NCBI GenBank assembly: GCA_964016885.1
Contig: OZ024741.1
Coordinates: forward strand, 23,002,001 to 23,066,000
DNA from: Eledone cirrhosa
Lineage: Eukaryota
Direction: 5' to 3'
DNA: 64,000 bases
Shown: positions 51,089 to 64,000 of the stretch, in pieces
Position numbering within the stretch: the stretch's first letter is position 1
Layout of the letters: every line of letters begins with the position of its first letter
Notes under the pieces: model-generated
What the model saw: the letters and a program-made list of their open reading frames with translations, nothing else
Databases searched by the model: none
Told to the model about the DNA's origin: nothing
Position numbers and translations under genes: made by a program

Positions 51089-54000
51089 GGGTTTGGACGG
51101 GGGTAGTCCCACTTGAGGCAAGAGTGATTGTCTTGCTCGCATAGGACTGTCTGGCAGGTTTTCTACAGTTGGATGCCCTTCCTAACACCAACCACATTTA
51201 CAGTGTGGATCTGGGAGGTTTTTACCGTGTTGCCTACACGGCCACATTACAGCGTGGACTGTGTGTTTTTTTGTCGTGACACCTACACGATCTCATTTGT
51301 TTCGGCCTGGATGGCGCGGCACCAACATAACTTTACATAGAACGGGGTGGTGTGGATGGGGTGGGGGTGGTGGTGGTGGGACGGGGTGTATTTTGTTAGA
51401 GATGCCTACTGGCTGTAGTAGGTTTTACTAAGTATTTAGGTAAGGCGGGTCTTCTCTGTTACTGAGTACCGCCAAAGGTCTCGGTCCAGTGACATTTGAC
51501 ATTGTTATATATATATATACACAAATAAACACTATATATATATACACATTATATATATATATACACACCGTCCCCTTCTATGTATAACTGTGTAGCGCCA
51601 AAGATCTCGGTCCAGTGACATTGTCTTGGAGAGGTGTAAGTGTGTGAGGTCGGAGTTTATCAGCTCGTCCCAGGTTTTTCTAGGTCTGCCTATTCCGTGG
51701 CTACCGTCTATCTTTATTGCCCTGCATTTTGTTATACAGCTATCGACTTTCATGCGCATCACGTGTCCATACCAACGTAGCCTTCTCTCGAGTAAACAAC
51801 ATCTGATCCCTCTTATTTCTAATTTTTTCCTTAGTTCGTTTATGCTTTGCCGTTCACGTATATTACTGTTACACATCCAGCGGAGCATGCAAGCTTCGTT
51901 CCTCTCTAGTCTGCGTATATCCTCTGCACACAATGCCCAGGTCTCACTGCCATGCAACATTGCTGTTCGTATGCAGGCATCGTACAACCTGCCTTTCATT
52001 TTTAGGGAGAACCCTTTAGCAGCTAATAGTGGTATAAGCTCTCTGAACTTTTTCCAACCAGTTCTGACTCTAGCTACTGTACTTTCAGAGCACCCTCCCC
52101 CACTGCTGATTTTATCACCCAGGTAACGGAAACTGTCGACAATTTCTATAGAACCCTCTGCGCAATTGAAAGAGCTAGTATTTTGTGGGCACTTGCTGCT
52201 ACTTATTGCACAAGAGCACCGGCCACATGTAAAATCTATGTTCTTAGTTAGCTTACCTGTGATCCCACTACATCTTTTATGCACCCATACTTTGCATTTA
52301 GGACATAAAATGGAGTATCTACCTACGCCTTTCCTACACACCGAGCACGACCATTTCCCAGAAGGGACCGCCGCCTTATTTTCTTTCCTACAAACTAGAA
52401 CTTTAGTCTTAGCCAGGTTAATTTTAAGTCCTTTTGATTCTAGGCCGTGCTTCCATGTTTGGAATTTCTTCTCTAGCTCGGCCATTGATTCCGCTATGAG
52501 TGTCAGGTCGTCTGCGTATAGGAGTTCCCATGGGCAGCCGGTCTTGAACTCCTCTGTTATAGCCTGAAGGGCAATAATAAATAGTAGGGGGCTGAGAACA
52601 GAGCCCTGATGGACGCCAACTTTTACGCTAAACTCTTCACTATATTCGTTGTTAATTCTAACCTTGCTGACTGTTTCTTTATACATGGCTTGTATAGCCC
52701 TCACAAGCCATTCGTCAACGCCTAGTTTTCTAAGAGCCCACCAGATAATGGAGCGGGGGACTCTGTCGAAGGCTTTCTCCAAGTCGACAAAAGCTAAGTA
52801 GAGGGGTTTACCTTTAGCTAGGTACTTCTCCTGTAGTTGTCGTACAATGAAAAGAGCGTCTGTGGTACTTTTGCCTGACACAAACCCGAACTGCATTTCA
52901 TCTAGGTCAATTCTCTCTCTGATTAGTTGTGCTATTACTTTTTCCGTGACCTTCATGACCTGGTCGATTAATTTAATGCCTCTATAGTTACTCCTATCTA
53001 GGGCGTCTCCTTTACCCTTATAACAGTTAACGATGATGCTGCTATGCCAGTCCTTCGGAACAACCCCATTCTGTACGACTTGGTTAACTATGCGGGTGAC
53101 CATGGTGTGTTCCACCGTGCCAGATGCCTTCAGCATCTCAGCAACTATTTCCGAAGGCCCAGCCGCCTTACCCGTCCTCATATCCTTGATTGCCTTACTT
53201 ATTATACTCCCCTCGACTAACACTGCTGGTCCCTCTATTGGGTCGATATGGGGGAGACTGTCTTTCTCCCATTTATTCTCCTCATTTAGTAGCCTTTCAT
53301 AGTGACACTTCCAAGCTACCTTCTTATCAGCATCGGTGATGGCAAGTATGCCATCATCGTTAAGTACACACTTCTCGCCGACAATATCACGGTTTTCCTT
53401 GACGCATTGCCTAGCAATCCTGAACACCTCACGTTTTTGGTCATCGCGTTGTAGAACATGCTTGAACTTTCTTTCCTCAGCTTCCCTTCTTGCTAAGTAC
53501 ACTTGTCTCCTAGCTTCCCTCCTGGCCACTTGATAGTTTTCTCTACTTCCCCCATCCCGCCATACTTTCCAAGCCTGCTTTTTGGCCTTAATTGACCCCT
53601 CCACCTTACTGTTCCACCACCATGTTACTCTCCTCCTGCCTACAGGCCTGCTCCAGCCACAGACTTCGTCTGTCGCTAATAGTAGGTTTGCTTTCAGAAA
53701 TTCCCACTGTCCCTCTATATTGTCCGACTCTAAATGTTCTTCCTTACTGTCGAAAGCATCAAGTAATATGCTTTGAAATTTATTTCTGGCTGTGGGGTCC
53801 TTTAGCTTCCATATTTTTCTCTTGAGGCTAGTCCTCTTCTGCTGTCGAGTACGTCTCGTCCTGACTATGAGGTCGCTAATTATCAGTCTATGTTGGGAGG
53901 TGCATTCTTCATGGGGGAGGGATTTAGTGTTTACAACAGTCACTCTGTCACGTCTTCTGGTAAGGATATAATCTACCTGGCTGGTATGTTCCCCTGATCT

Positions 54001-54135
54001 GTAGGTGATCAAGTGATTGTCTCGTTTTTTGAAGTTAGTGTTACAGATAGTTAGGTTATTTGCATCACAGAATTCCTGGATTCTGGAGCCTTCCTCATTT
54101 CTAGTACCAAACCCATAGCCTCCATGGATTTCGCG
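51085..54135 (-). mobile_element. young 5'-truncated RTE-clade LINE (partial AP endonuclease, RT and Cys/His finger)
   Basis: Uninterrupted ORF of more than 826 aa. AP endonuclease motifs VDYIL and SQHRLI; RT motifs YRGIKL, QFGF, FVDLEKAFD, GVHQGSVLSPLLF, YADD and FRYLG. Confidence 0.96.
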
Positions 54136-54199
54136 ATGGGGTTATGTTAGCCGTCCGCGGTCGAAACAATGAGGACTGCTCGCATTCTCGTCCACGAGG

Positions 54200-54722
54200 T
54201 ATATATAATATATATATATATAATATATAATATATAATATATAATATATATATATATAATATATAATATATATATATAATATATATTATATAATATATAT
54301 ATATATATATATTATATAATATATATATTATATAATATATATATTATATAATATATATAATATATATATAATATATATATATTATATAATATATATAATA
54401 TATAATATATATATATAATATATAATATATAATATATATACATTATATAATATATATATTATATAATATATATATTATATAATATATATAATATATATAT
54501 AATATATATATATTATATAATATATATAATATATAATATATATATTATATAATATATATAATATATAATATATATATTATATAATATATATATAATATAT
54601 ATTATATATATATATAATATATATATATATATTATATATATATATATATAATATATATTATATAATATATATATATATATATAATATATATTATATAATA
54701 TATATATATATATATAATATAT

Positions 54723-54780
<58 letters not shown>

Positions 54781-54840
54781 ATATATATTATATAATATAT
54801 ATATAATATATATACATATTATATAATATATATATAATAT

Positions 54841-54873
<33 letters not shown>

Positions 54874-55885
54874 TATATAATATATATATAATATATATAT
54901 ATATAATATATATATAATATATATATATATATTATATATATATAATATATATATATATTATATATATATAATATATATATATATTATATATATATTATAT
55001 ATATATAATATATATATATAATATATATATAATATATATATAATATATATATAAATAATATATATATATATATATATTATATAATATATATATAATATAT
55101 ATTATATATATATATATAATATATATATATATAATATATATATATATATAATATATATATATATAATATATATATGTATATATAATATATATATATAATA
55201 TATATATAATATATATATATATAATATATATATATAATATATATATAATATATATATAATATATATATAATATATATATAAATAATATATATATAATATA
55301 TATATAATATATATATATAATATATAATATATATATATAATATATATATATAATATATATATAATATATATATAATATATATATAATATATATATATATA
55401 ATATATATATATATAATATATATATAATATATATATATATATAATATANNNNNNNNNNNNNNNNNNNNNNNNNNNNNNNNNNNNNNNNNNNNNNNNNNNN
55501 NNNNNNNNNNNNNNNNNNNNNNNNNNNNNNNNNNNNNNNNNNNNNNNNNNNNNNNNNNNNNNNNNNNNNNNNNNNNNNNNNNNNNNNNNNNNNNNNNNNN
55601 NNNNNNNNNNNNNNNNNNNNNNNNNNNNNNNNNNNNNNNNNNNNNNNNATATATATATTATATTATATTTATTATATAATATATATATATTATATATATA
55701 TTATATATATAATATATATATATATATATATTATATAATATATATATATTATATATATTATATATATATATTATATATATATATTATATATATATTATAT
55801 TATATATTATATAATATATATATTATATATATATATATATATTATATATATATATATTATATATATATTATATATATATATATAT

Positions 55886-55920
<35 letters not shown>

Positions 55921-55936
55921 ATATATATATATATAT

Positions 55937-55970
<34 letters not shown>

Positions 55971-56746
55971 ATATATTATATATATATATATATATTATAT
56001 ATATATATATTATATATATATATATATTATATATATATATATTATATATATATATATTATATATATATATTATATATATATATAATATATATATATATAA
56101 TATATATATATAATGTATATATTATATAATATATAATATAATATATATATATATTAATATATATATATGATATATATATATTAATATATATATATATGAT
56201 ATATATATATTAATATATATATATGATATATATATATTAATATATATATAATGTATATATTATATAATATATAATATAATATATATATATATATATTAAT
56301 ATATATATATGATATATATATATTAATATATATATATGATATATATATATTAATATATATATATGATATATATATATTAATATATATATATAATGTATAT
56401 ATTATATAATATATAATATATATTAATATATATATATGATATCTATATATATATATAATATATATATAATATATATATAATATATATATTATATATATAT
56501 AATATATATATAATATATATATAATATATATATAATATATATATAATATATATATAATATATATATAATATATATATAATATATATATTATATATATATT
56601 ATATATATATTATATATATATTATATATATATAATATATATATAATATATATATAATATATATATAATATATATATAATATATATATAATATATATATAA
56701 TATATATATAATATATATATTATATATATATTATATATATATTATA

Positions 56747-56777
<31 letters not shown>

Positions 56778-57043
56778 ATATCTATATATATTATATATAT
56801 ATATATATAATATATATATATTATATATATTATATATATATATTATATATATATTATATATATATATTATATATATATTATATATATATTATATATATAT
56901 ATTATATATATATATTATATATATATATATATTATATATATATATTATATATATATATTATATATATATATTATATATATATATTATATATATATATATA
57001 TTATATATATATATATATATTATATATATATATTATATATATA

Positions 57044-57091
<48 letters not shown>

Positions 57092-57334
57092 ATATATATA
57101 TTATATATATATATTATATATATATATTATATATATATATTATATATATATATTATATATATATATTATATATATATATATTATATATTATATATATATA
57201 TATTATATATATATATATTATATATATATATTATATATATATATTATATATATATTATATATATATTATATATATTATATATATATTATATATATATTAT
57301 ATATATATATATATTATATATATTATATATATAT

Positions 57335-57377
<43 letters not shown>

Positions 57378-57515
57378 ATATATATTATATATATATAATA
57401 TATATATATAACATATATATTATATATATATATAATATATATATATATATATTATATATATATATATTATATATATATATATTATATATATTATATATAT
57501 ACATATATATATATG
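54200..57515. repeat. imperfect (AT)n tract of about 3.3 kb with an assembly gap (200 N at 55449-55648)
   Basis: Directly visible. Confidence 0.98.
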
Positions 57516-58738
57516 TGACAACATGAAATGTAAAGAGTATTTCAAGGTTTCTAACTTTCCATATTGTTTCATTGACACTACAATAAACAATATCTACGTT
57601 AAACAATTTACACAATATTAGCTAAATTCCTATGTTGGTTCCAAATCCATCCTGATATGCATCCTGCTGGAACACCGCTGCTCAGTATTGGACTTGGCAG
57701 AGTTTAATGAGAAATACAGCAATGCGTTCAGCTGTGGCGGGGTCACATCTAGCCAAGCTTTGTAACTGACACTCTTGTGGACACAATAATATAAAAAAAT
57801 CCCAGATAATACTACAGATAATTTTTTTCATATATATTAAATTGCCATTAAAAAGGAACGATATTTCCATATATTATCAGATTGAAAAACTAATGAAGTA
57901 ATCATACAGTTTGTTTGGCTAATGTTTTTTGTATTTAACCCTTTAGTTACCAACCTGGCCCAAACTGGTTCTGGTTCTATAAAATAAAATTACCTATTTT
58001 AAATATACATACATGAAGACTATTTTATATATACATATATGTATGTGTGTATCTGTATGTATATACACACACTATAGAGTTAATAAGGTTACACTACTTA
58101 TGAACAGGGCCTAAAATAAGGAAAAATGTAACAAAATAATAACCTTAAATACGTTGAAAATCCTCATGTTTAGCATTGTAAATAACCAAACTTCATGTCA
58201 TGAAACAGTTTCATATAAACTACGAAGAATGAATGACCTTTGTAAATAGTTGAGTTAATGAAATGAAGGCAACTTGTTACATTGAAAGGATTAACTCAGA
58301 TTAGATTAAGATAATGCTAAATACATAAAGTAATTGTTACTGACATGGAAATATTGTAACTGACACGGATATTATGTCATTGATGAAGTTCTCTCCTGTG
58401 TTACCATGGGAGAGAATCAACTCCATCTAGTTTAAATAATATGCCAGAAATTTGAAGAGTCTGTCAGCCCATGTTTTTGCCTGTATGTATGCATCAGGAT
58501 TAGTGGTTATCTCATAGTTGTAAAGTCATGTATTTCATTTCCTGGTGACATGTTTCAGTTAACTCAGCGGATGAAAATGTGCTGTAATTCAAAAGGCCAG
58601 CCTTATCACTGACTGTGTCATGCTGAATCTCCCTGACAACTACATTAAGGGAACACATATCTATGGAATGCCCACCCACTTTCTTAATCTAATGAGCAAG
58701 ATCTTCTGTCATCAGTATTGATGGCGGTCTAACATGTG

Positions 58739-58770
<32 letters not shown>

Positions 58771-58904
58771 CATAGTTGAATGTCAAGATCCCAAACCTTA
58801 TTCGCTTAAAAAGTGGGATGGAGCTCATCAAATTGGACCAAGGAAACAATGTTTCCATTGGTCTTTCCAATTGCTAATATTATCTGTCGGTTGCAACTCT
58901 AGGC

Positions 58905-59020
58905 AGAAGGAGCAACACGAAATAAAATGTCTTGCTCAAGGACATAACGGTCTGGGAATCGAAATCACAACCTTATGATTGTGAATCCAATTCTCGAACC
59001 ACTCAGCCATGTGCCTTCAC
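58905..59020 (-). mobile_element. SINE family B head fragment
   Basis: Contains tgtcttgctcaaggaca...gggaatcgaa...accactcagccatgtgcc. Confidence 0.65.
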
Positions 59021-59584
59021 AATATATATATATATATATATATACACGTGTGTGGCCATCTGGCCTTCACCCTGGACTGTACTGTGCTCAAATCTACTCA
59101 TAAAACACCTATTGTCATCTGTCATAATGTTCATTTTCCTTAGAATAAAAAGTGTTAAAAGATATTTAAATATTGCATAACATAATTTTAAAATTTTATT
59201 TGGAATATCTAAATATAGAAAGTTAATAAAAAAAAAATAGTAAAAAAAGGGTATTCTAAGAAAATTATAAAACATTTACAAAACTTCAGTATATACAATG
59301 ATTTTAGCGTTGATAGATTTATAGGTCTGGCTACCTCCAGGGATTATTTGTGAGAGATTTTGTTGATGGCATTCACTATGATGTTTTGAGGAGCAAGGAT
59401 TGCTCTTTCACACAGCCACTCCTCATTGGAATGGAGGATTTGTAAATTGGGAAATTTAATGAAGCTTATAAAGCTTTTCACCACAGTACAAAATGACAAA
59501 GGATCAAAACATCCTTCGGTATCAAGGGATTGCTTTTCTATACAGAAAAACCTGGGCAGAGATGGTTAGAGCTTATCTCAAAAG

Positions 59585-59970
59585 ATAATCAGAAACTGAA
59601 GAGAAATGAAGCATGCATGCTCCATTGGATAAGTAAAGTTAATATGCATGAATGAAGGGCGGCATGGATGAAGTGAGTGGGAAGCTGGGCATGAGAGGAA
59701 TCAGATGCAGTGTGCATAAGAGACAACTGTGCTGGTATGGACATGTGATGCATATGGATGAAGAATGGTGGGTGATAAAGTGTCAGGTGATACCAGTGAA
59801 AAGAATTTACAGTGGAGGCTGATTGAGAAAAACCTAGGCAGAGGTGGTTAGAGTTTATCTCAAAATGTTGAACCACACAGAAGAGATGGAACACTAAGGG
59901 TGGAAGGATGCTATGCTAAAAAGGACCTGTCCAGCAAGTCCAACCCATGAGAGAGCAGACATGATGATGA
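59585..59970 (+). mobile_element. decayed RTE LINE 3' fragment
   Basis: Contains agaaatgaagcatgcatgctc...tggtatggacatgtgatgc, homologous to the RTE C-terminus. Confidence 0.65.
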
Positions 59971-60212
59971 TAGGTATATGAATAATGGGACACAAGTGAC
60001 CTGAGAAAAGCTGAGAAATCAGATGTAATACATAAGATGACTGTGTTGATAGGAACATGTGGAAAGGGAGCAAGAGCTGTTTAAAGAAGTGCTCGGCTCT
60101 TGTTGTAAATGGAAGTCATCAAAGATGGAGACCAAGGAAGACATGGAAGAAAGGAGGGAAGAATGAATGACATGATACAGGGTCACAATGACTGGTGACT
60201 CAGCAGGCTACA

Positions 60213-60880
60213 AAAGACTTATCTACTAGTACAACTACTACAACACTATAAGACTTATCTACCAATACAACTACTGCAGCACTATAAGACTTATCTACCA
60301 GTACAACTACTACAACACTATAAGACTCATCTACCAATACAACTACTATAACACTATAAGACTTATCTACCAATACAACTACTATAACACTATAAGACTT
60401 ATCTACCAGTACAACTACTACAACACTATAAGACTCATCTACCAATACAACTACTATAACACTATAAGACTTATCTACCAGTACAACTACTACAACACTA
60501 TAAGACTCATCTACCAATACAACTACTATAACACTATAAGACTTATCTACCAGTACAACTACTACAACACTATAAGACTCATCTACCAATACAACTACTG
60601 CAGCACTATAAGACTTATCTACCAATACAACTACTGCAGCACTATAAGACTTATCTACCAGTACAACTACTACAACACTATAAGACTCATCTACCAATAC
60701 AACTACTGCAGCACTATAAGACTTATCTACCAGTACAACTACTACAACACTATAAGACTTATCTACCAGTACAACTACTACAACACTATAAGACTCATCT
60801 ACCAATACAACTACTGCAGCACTATAAGACTTATCTACCAATGCAACTACTGCAGCACTATAAGACTTATCTACCAGTAC
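60213..60880. repeat. minisatellite, 36-bp unit
   Basis: Unit actataagact(t/c)atctacca(g/a)tacaactactacaac. Confidence 0.96.
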
Positions 60881-61221
60881 ATCATCATCATCATCATCAT
60901 TTCATTTTACGTCTGCTTTTCCCTGCTGGCAAGGGTGGGACGGTAACTGATTCTGGCTTGATTTCAACAGCTGGATGCCCTTCCTAACACGAACCTCATT
61001 TACAGTGAGTGCTGGGCGCTTTTTTGCCGTGGCACCTGCACGACCACTTTGCAGTGGAATGATAGGGACCCCAGTCCTATCATCTCATTTCTACAGCTGA
61101 GTAAACTGGAGCAATGTGAAATAAAGTATCTTGCTCAAGGAAACAACACATCACCCGGTCTGAGAATTGAACTCACAACCTTTCGATTGCAAGGCCAATG
61201 CTCTAACCACTAAGCCATGTA
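60881..61221 (-). mobile_element. full-length SINE family B with RTE tail and (gat)n end
   Basis: Near-identical to 1204-1533. Confidence 0.82.
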
Positions 61222-61418
61222 CCTACAACTACTGCAATACTAAAAGTAAACATAGGGAGATGTCCCCCTTAGTCTACAGTGAACTTAATAACCTTTCTAG
61301 TGGTGATATTATGATGGTATGCATGCAATACTCCTATAAAATGGCTGATGAACAAACTAAGACAATATAGTTTAGAGCAGAGCCTTTGGTCTTGTTCAAG
61401 ACTTGAGAACCTCTCTAG

Positions 61419-62995
61419 TGATGGTGCCATGATAAAATGCACGCAATATACAGTAAAATGGTAGTGTGATGGTGCTATGATAAAATGCACTCAATATACT
61501 GTAAAATGGTAGTGTGATGGTACCCTGATAAAATGCACTCAATATACTGTAAAATGGTAGTGTGATGGTGCCATGATAAAATGCACTAAATATACTGTAA
61601 AATGGTAGTGTGATGGTGCCATGATAAAATGCACGCAATATACAGTAAAATGGTAGTGTGATGGTGCTATGATAAAATGCACTCAATATACAGTAAAATG
61701 GTAGTGTGATGGTGCCATGATAAAATGCACTCAATATACTGTAAAATGGTAGTGTGATGGTGCCATGATAAAATGCACTCAATATACTGTAAAATGGTAG
61801 TGTGATGGTGCCATGATAAAATGCACTCAATATACTGTAAAATGGTAGTGTGATGGTGCCATGATAAAATGCACTCAATATACTGTAAAATGGTAGTGTG
61901 ATGGTGCCATGATAAAATGCACTCAATATACTGTAAAATGGTAGTGTGATGGTGCCATGATAAAATGCACCCAATATACTGTAAAATGGTAGTGTGATGG
62001 TGCCATGATAAAATGCACTAAATATACTGTAAAATGGTAGTGTGATGGTACCTTGATAAAATGCACTCAATATACAGTAAAATGGTAGTGTGATGGTGCC
62101 ATGATAAAATGCACTCAATATACAGTAAAATGGTAGTGTGATGGTGCCATGATAAAATGCACTCAATATACTGTAAAATGGTAGTGTGATGGTGCCATGA
62201 TAAAATGCACTCAATATACTGTAAAATGGTAGTGTGATGGTGCCATGATAAAATGCACTCAATATACTGTAAAATGGTAGTGTGATGGTGCCATGATAAA
62301 ATGCACTAAATATACTGTAAAATGGTAGTGTGATGGTACCTTGATAAAATGCACTCAATATACAGTAAAATGGTAGTGTGATGGTGCTATGATAAAATGC
62401 ACTCAATATACAGTAAAATGGTAGTGTGATGGTGCCATGATAAAATGCACTCAATATACTGTAAAATGGTAGTGTGATGGTGCCATGATAAAATGCACTC
62501 AATATACTGTAAAATGGTAGTGTGATGGTACCCTGATAAAATGCACTCAATATACTGTAAAATGGTAGTGTGATGGTGCCATGATAAAATGCACTCAATA
62601 TACTGTAAAATGGTAGTGTGATGGTACCCTGATAAAATGCACTCAATATACTGTAAAATGGTAGTGTGATGGTGCCCTGATAAAATGCACTCAATATACT
62701 GTAAAATGGTAGTGTGATGGTGCCATGATAAAATGCACTCAATATACTGTAAAATGGTAGTGTGATGGTGCCATGATAAGATGCACTCAATATACTGTAA
62801 AATGGTAGTGTGATGGTGCCATGATAAAATGCACTCAATATACTGTAAAATGGTAGTGTGATGGTGCCATGATAAAATGCACTCAATATACTGTAAAATG
62901 GTAGTGTGATGGTGCCATGATAAAATGCACTCAATATACTGTAAAATGGTAGTGTGAGGGTACCACAATAAAATGAGCCCATCACAGTCTGTAAA
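61419..62995 (+). repeat. 48-bp minisatellite related to RTE-type 3' UTR
   Basis: Unit atgataaaatgcactcaatatactgtaaaatggtagtgtgatggtgcc. It ends in ctgtaaattgattggtattagcaag, resembling the RTE tail. Confidence 0.95.
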
Positions 62996-63699
62996 TTGAT
63001 TGGTATTAGCAAGAAACTATGTCATTGATTGGTATTAGCAAGAAACTATGTCAAAATACAGAACATAGGAGCAAGGTATAGTTACTCATTCACTCTCCAT
63101 CAATCTCTAAACCTTACTATACCTGTCATACAGCCATGACATACTTTTGTCCCCATGACATCATACTTATCATCCGTTCTCTTGTCTCACGTTTACCACC
63201 TTTTTTGTCTCTCCCTTATTTTGTGTGTTAATTGAATTATATGATATTTGCAATAAAAAAATAAAGAAATTAAACATTGAACTCTTACCAGCTCTAAACA
63301 GAGATTTCAAATGATTAAATACATATATAAACAAATAACATTAAAACAAGTATAAATTCATATATTGGTGGTTATTTTAAATATATCTAAGCAGAGAAGC
63401 AGAAATATCAGAGCAAGCTGTTAAAAGAATTCAAGCAAGAACATGTCAGAAACGAGTTATTGTTAATAAAACTACCATTTTTCACACTATTAAGCTCAAG
63501 TTCAGAGATGAAGTGTCTTTGATAATGACATCTATACTGCTAAATTTCCATTGGTTTGCTCTCTGATTAGACATCTTATTCCTGGGTATATATATAATTA
63601 AAAAACTGTTAAAGTCTGTCCCCAAGCTTGGAGACTCATCTGGCCAATGCTTATCCTGGTTTCCTTGTAAAGGTGTAAAGTGGTTGAATACAAGACTTC

Positions 63700-63902
63700 C
63701 ATCCCGCCACCTGGACATGTTGCCAGTCCATCACAGAGTGAATTCTTAGCTACTGTTGGTACTTATTTTCAGCTTAGTGTACTGGAGCAATGTGAAATGA
63801 AGTGTTTTCCTTAAGAACACAACATACCACCTGGTCCCAAAATCGAACCTACAGTATTATGATTGTAAGTCCAACACCTTAACCACTAGGCCATGTGCCT
63901 TC
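63700..63902 (-). mobile_element. SINE family B
   Basis: Contains ctggagcaatgtgaaatgaagtg...aatcgaacc...taaccactaggccatgtgcct. Confidence 0.75.
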
Positions 63903-64000
63903 AAATACAGGAGTGGATTCCAGATGGGAAGCTTTATTTCTAAACTAAGGGTTGTAATGCTCTTATCCACTAAGCCACTGACACATGTGCTTCCCTTGTG

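Noticed and set aside
54200-57515. Apparent palindromic structure in the AT tract
   Set aside because: (AT)n is inherently self-complementary, and the tract spans an assembly gap, so its length and structure are unreliable.
57620-57870. Locally GC-richer segment with a short minus-strand ORF, a possible upstream Par-3 exon
   Set aside because: It has no convincing donor/acceptor pair and no Par-3 similarity, and it contains in-frame stops.
61396-63012. 538-aa repetitive ORF (HGTITLPFYSILSAFY)n
   Set aside because: It is the translation of the 48-bp minisatellite.
63482-63585. Possible upstream exon (NKMSNQRANQWKFSS...)
   Set aside because: The donor is weak, there is no recognisable Par-3 N-terminal (CR1) motif, and the ORF starts inside a SINE.

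Overview
AT-rich, repeat-dense animal genomic DNA. It is most likely an octopod cephalopod, inferred only from the SINE/RTE repertoire and microsatellite load. The window holds the central part of a Par-3/Bazooka (PARD3) polarity-scaffold gene on the minus strand. I could splice 13 exons in frame with canonical AG/GT boundaries from 44740 down to 1786. They cover PDZ1, PDZ2, PDZ3, the aPKC-binding CR3 motif FQREAFGRQSMSEKR, the SSSMESL and CNESFRAAVDRSY motifs, and the start of the C-terminal region. Four more small candidate cassette exons lie in the 21-kb intron after CR3. I did not find the gene's 5' or 3' end. The introns contain RTE and CR1 LINE fragments, two tRNA-derived SINE families, a Penelope-like element with 1.4-kb inverted arms, non-autonomous Helitron-like elements, several minisatellite arrays and a long (AT)n tract with a 200-N gap. 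The most notable hidden features are: type I hammerhead ribozyme motifs on both strands, several as head-to-head fold-back pairs; an array of decoy GTAAGT splice donors next to a PDZ1 exon; a (GAT)8 poly-Asp insert in PDZ1; an 86-aa intra-exonic duplication; and 48-bp minisatellites apparently seeded repeatedly by the RTE 3' UTR.
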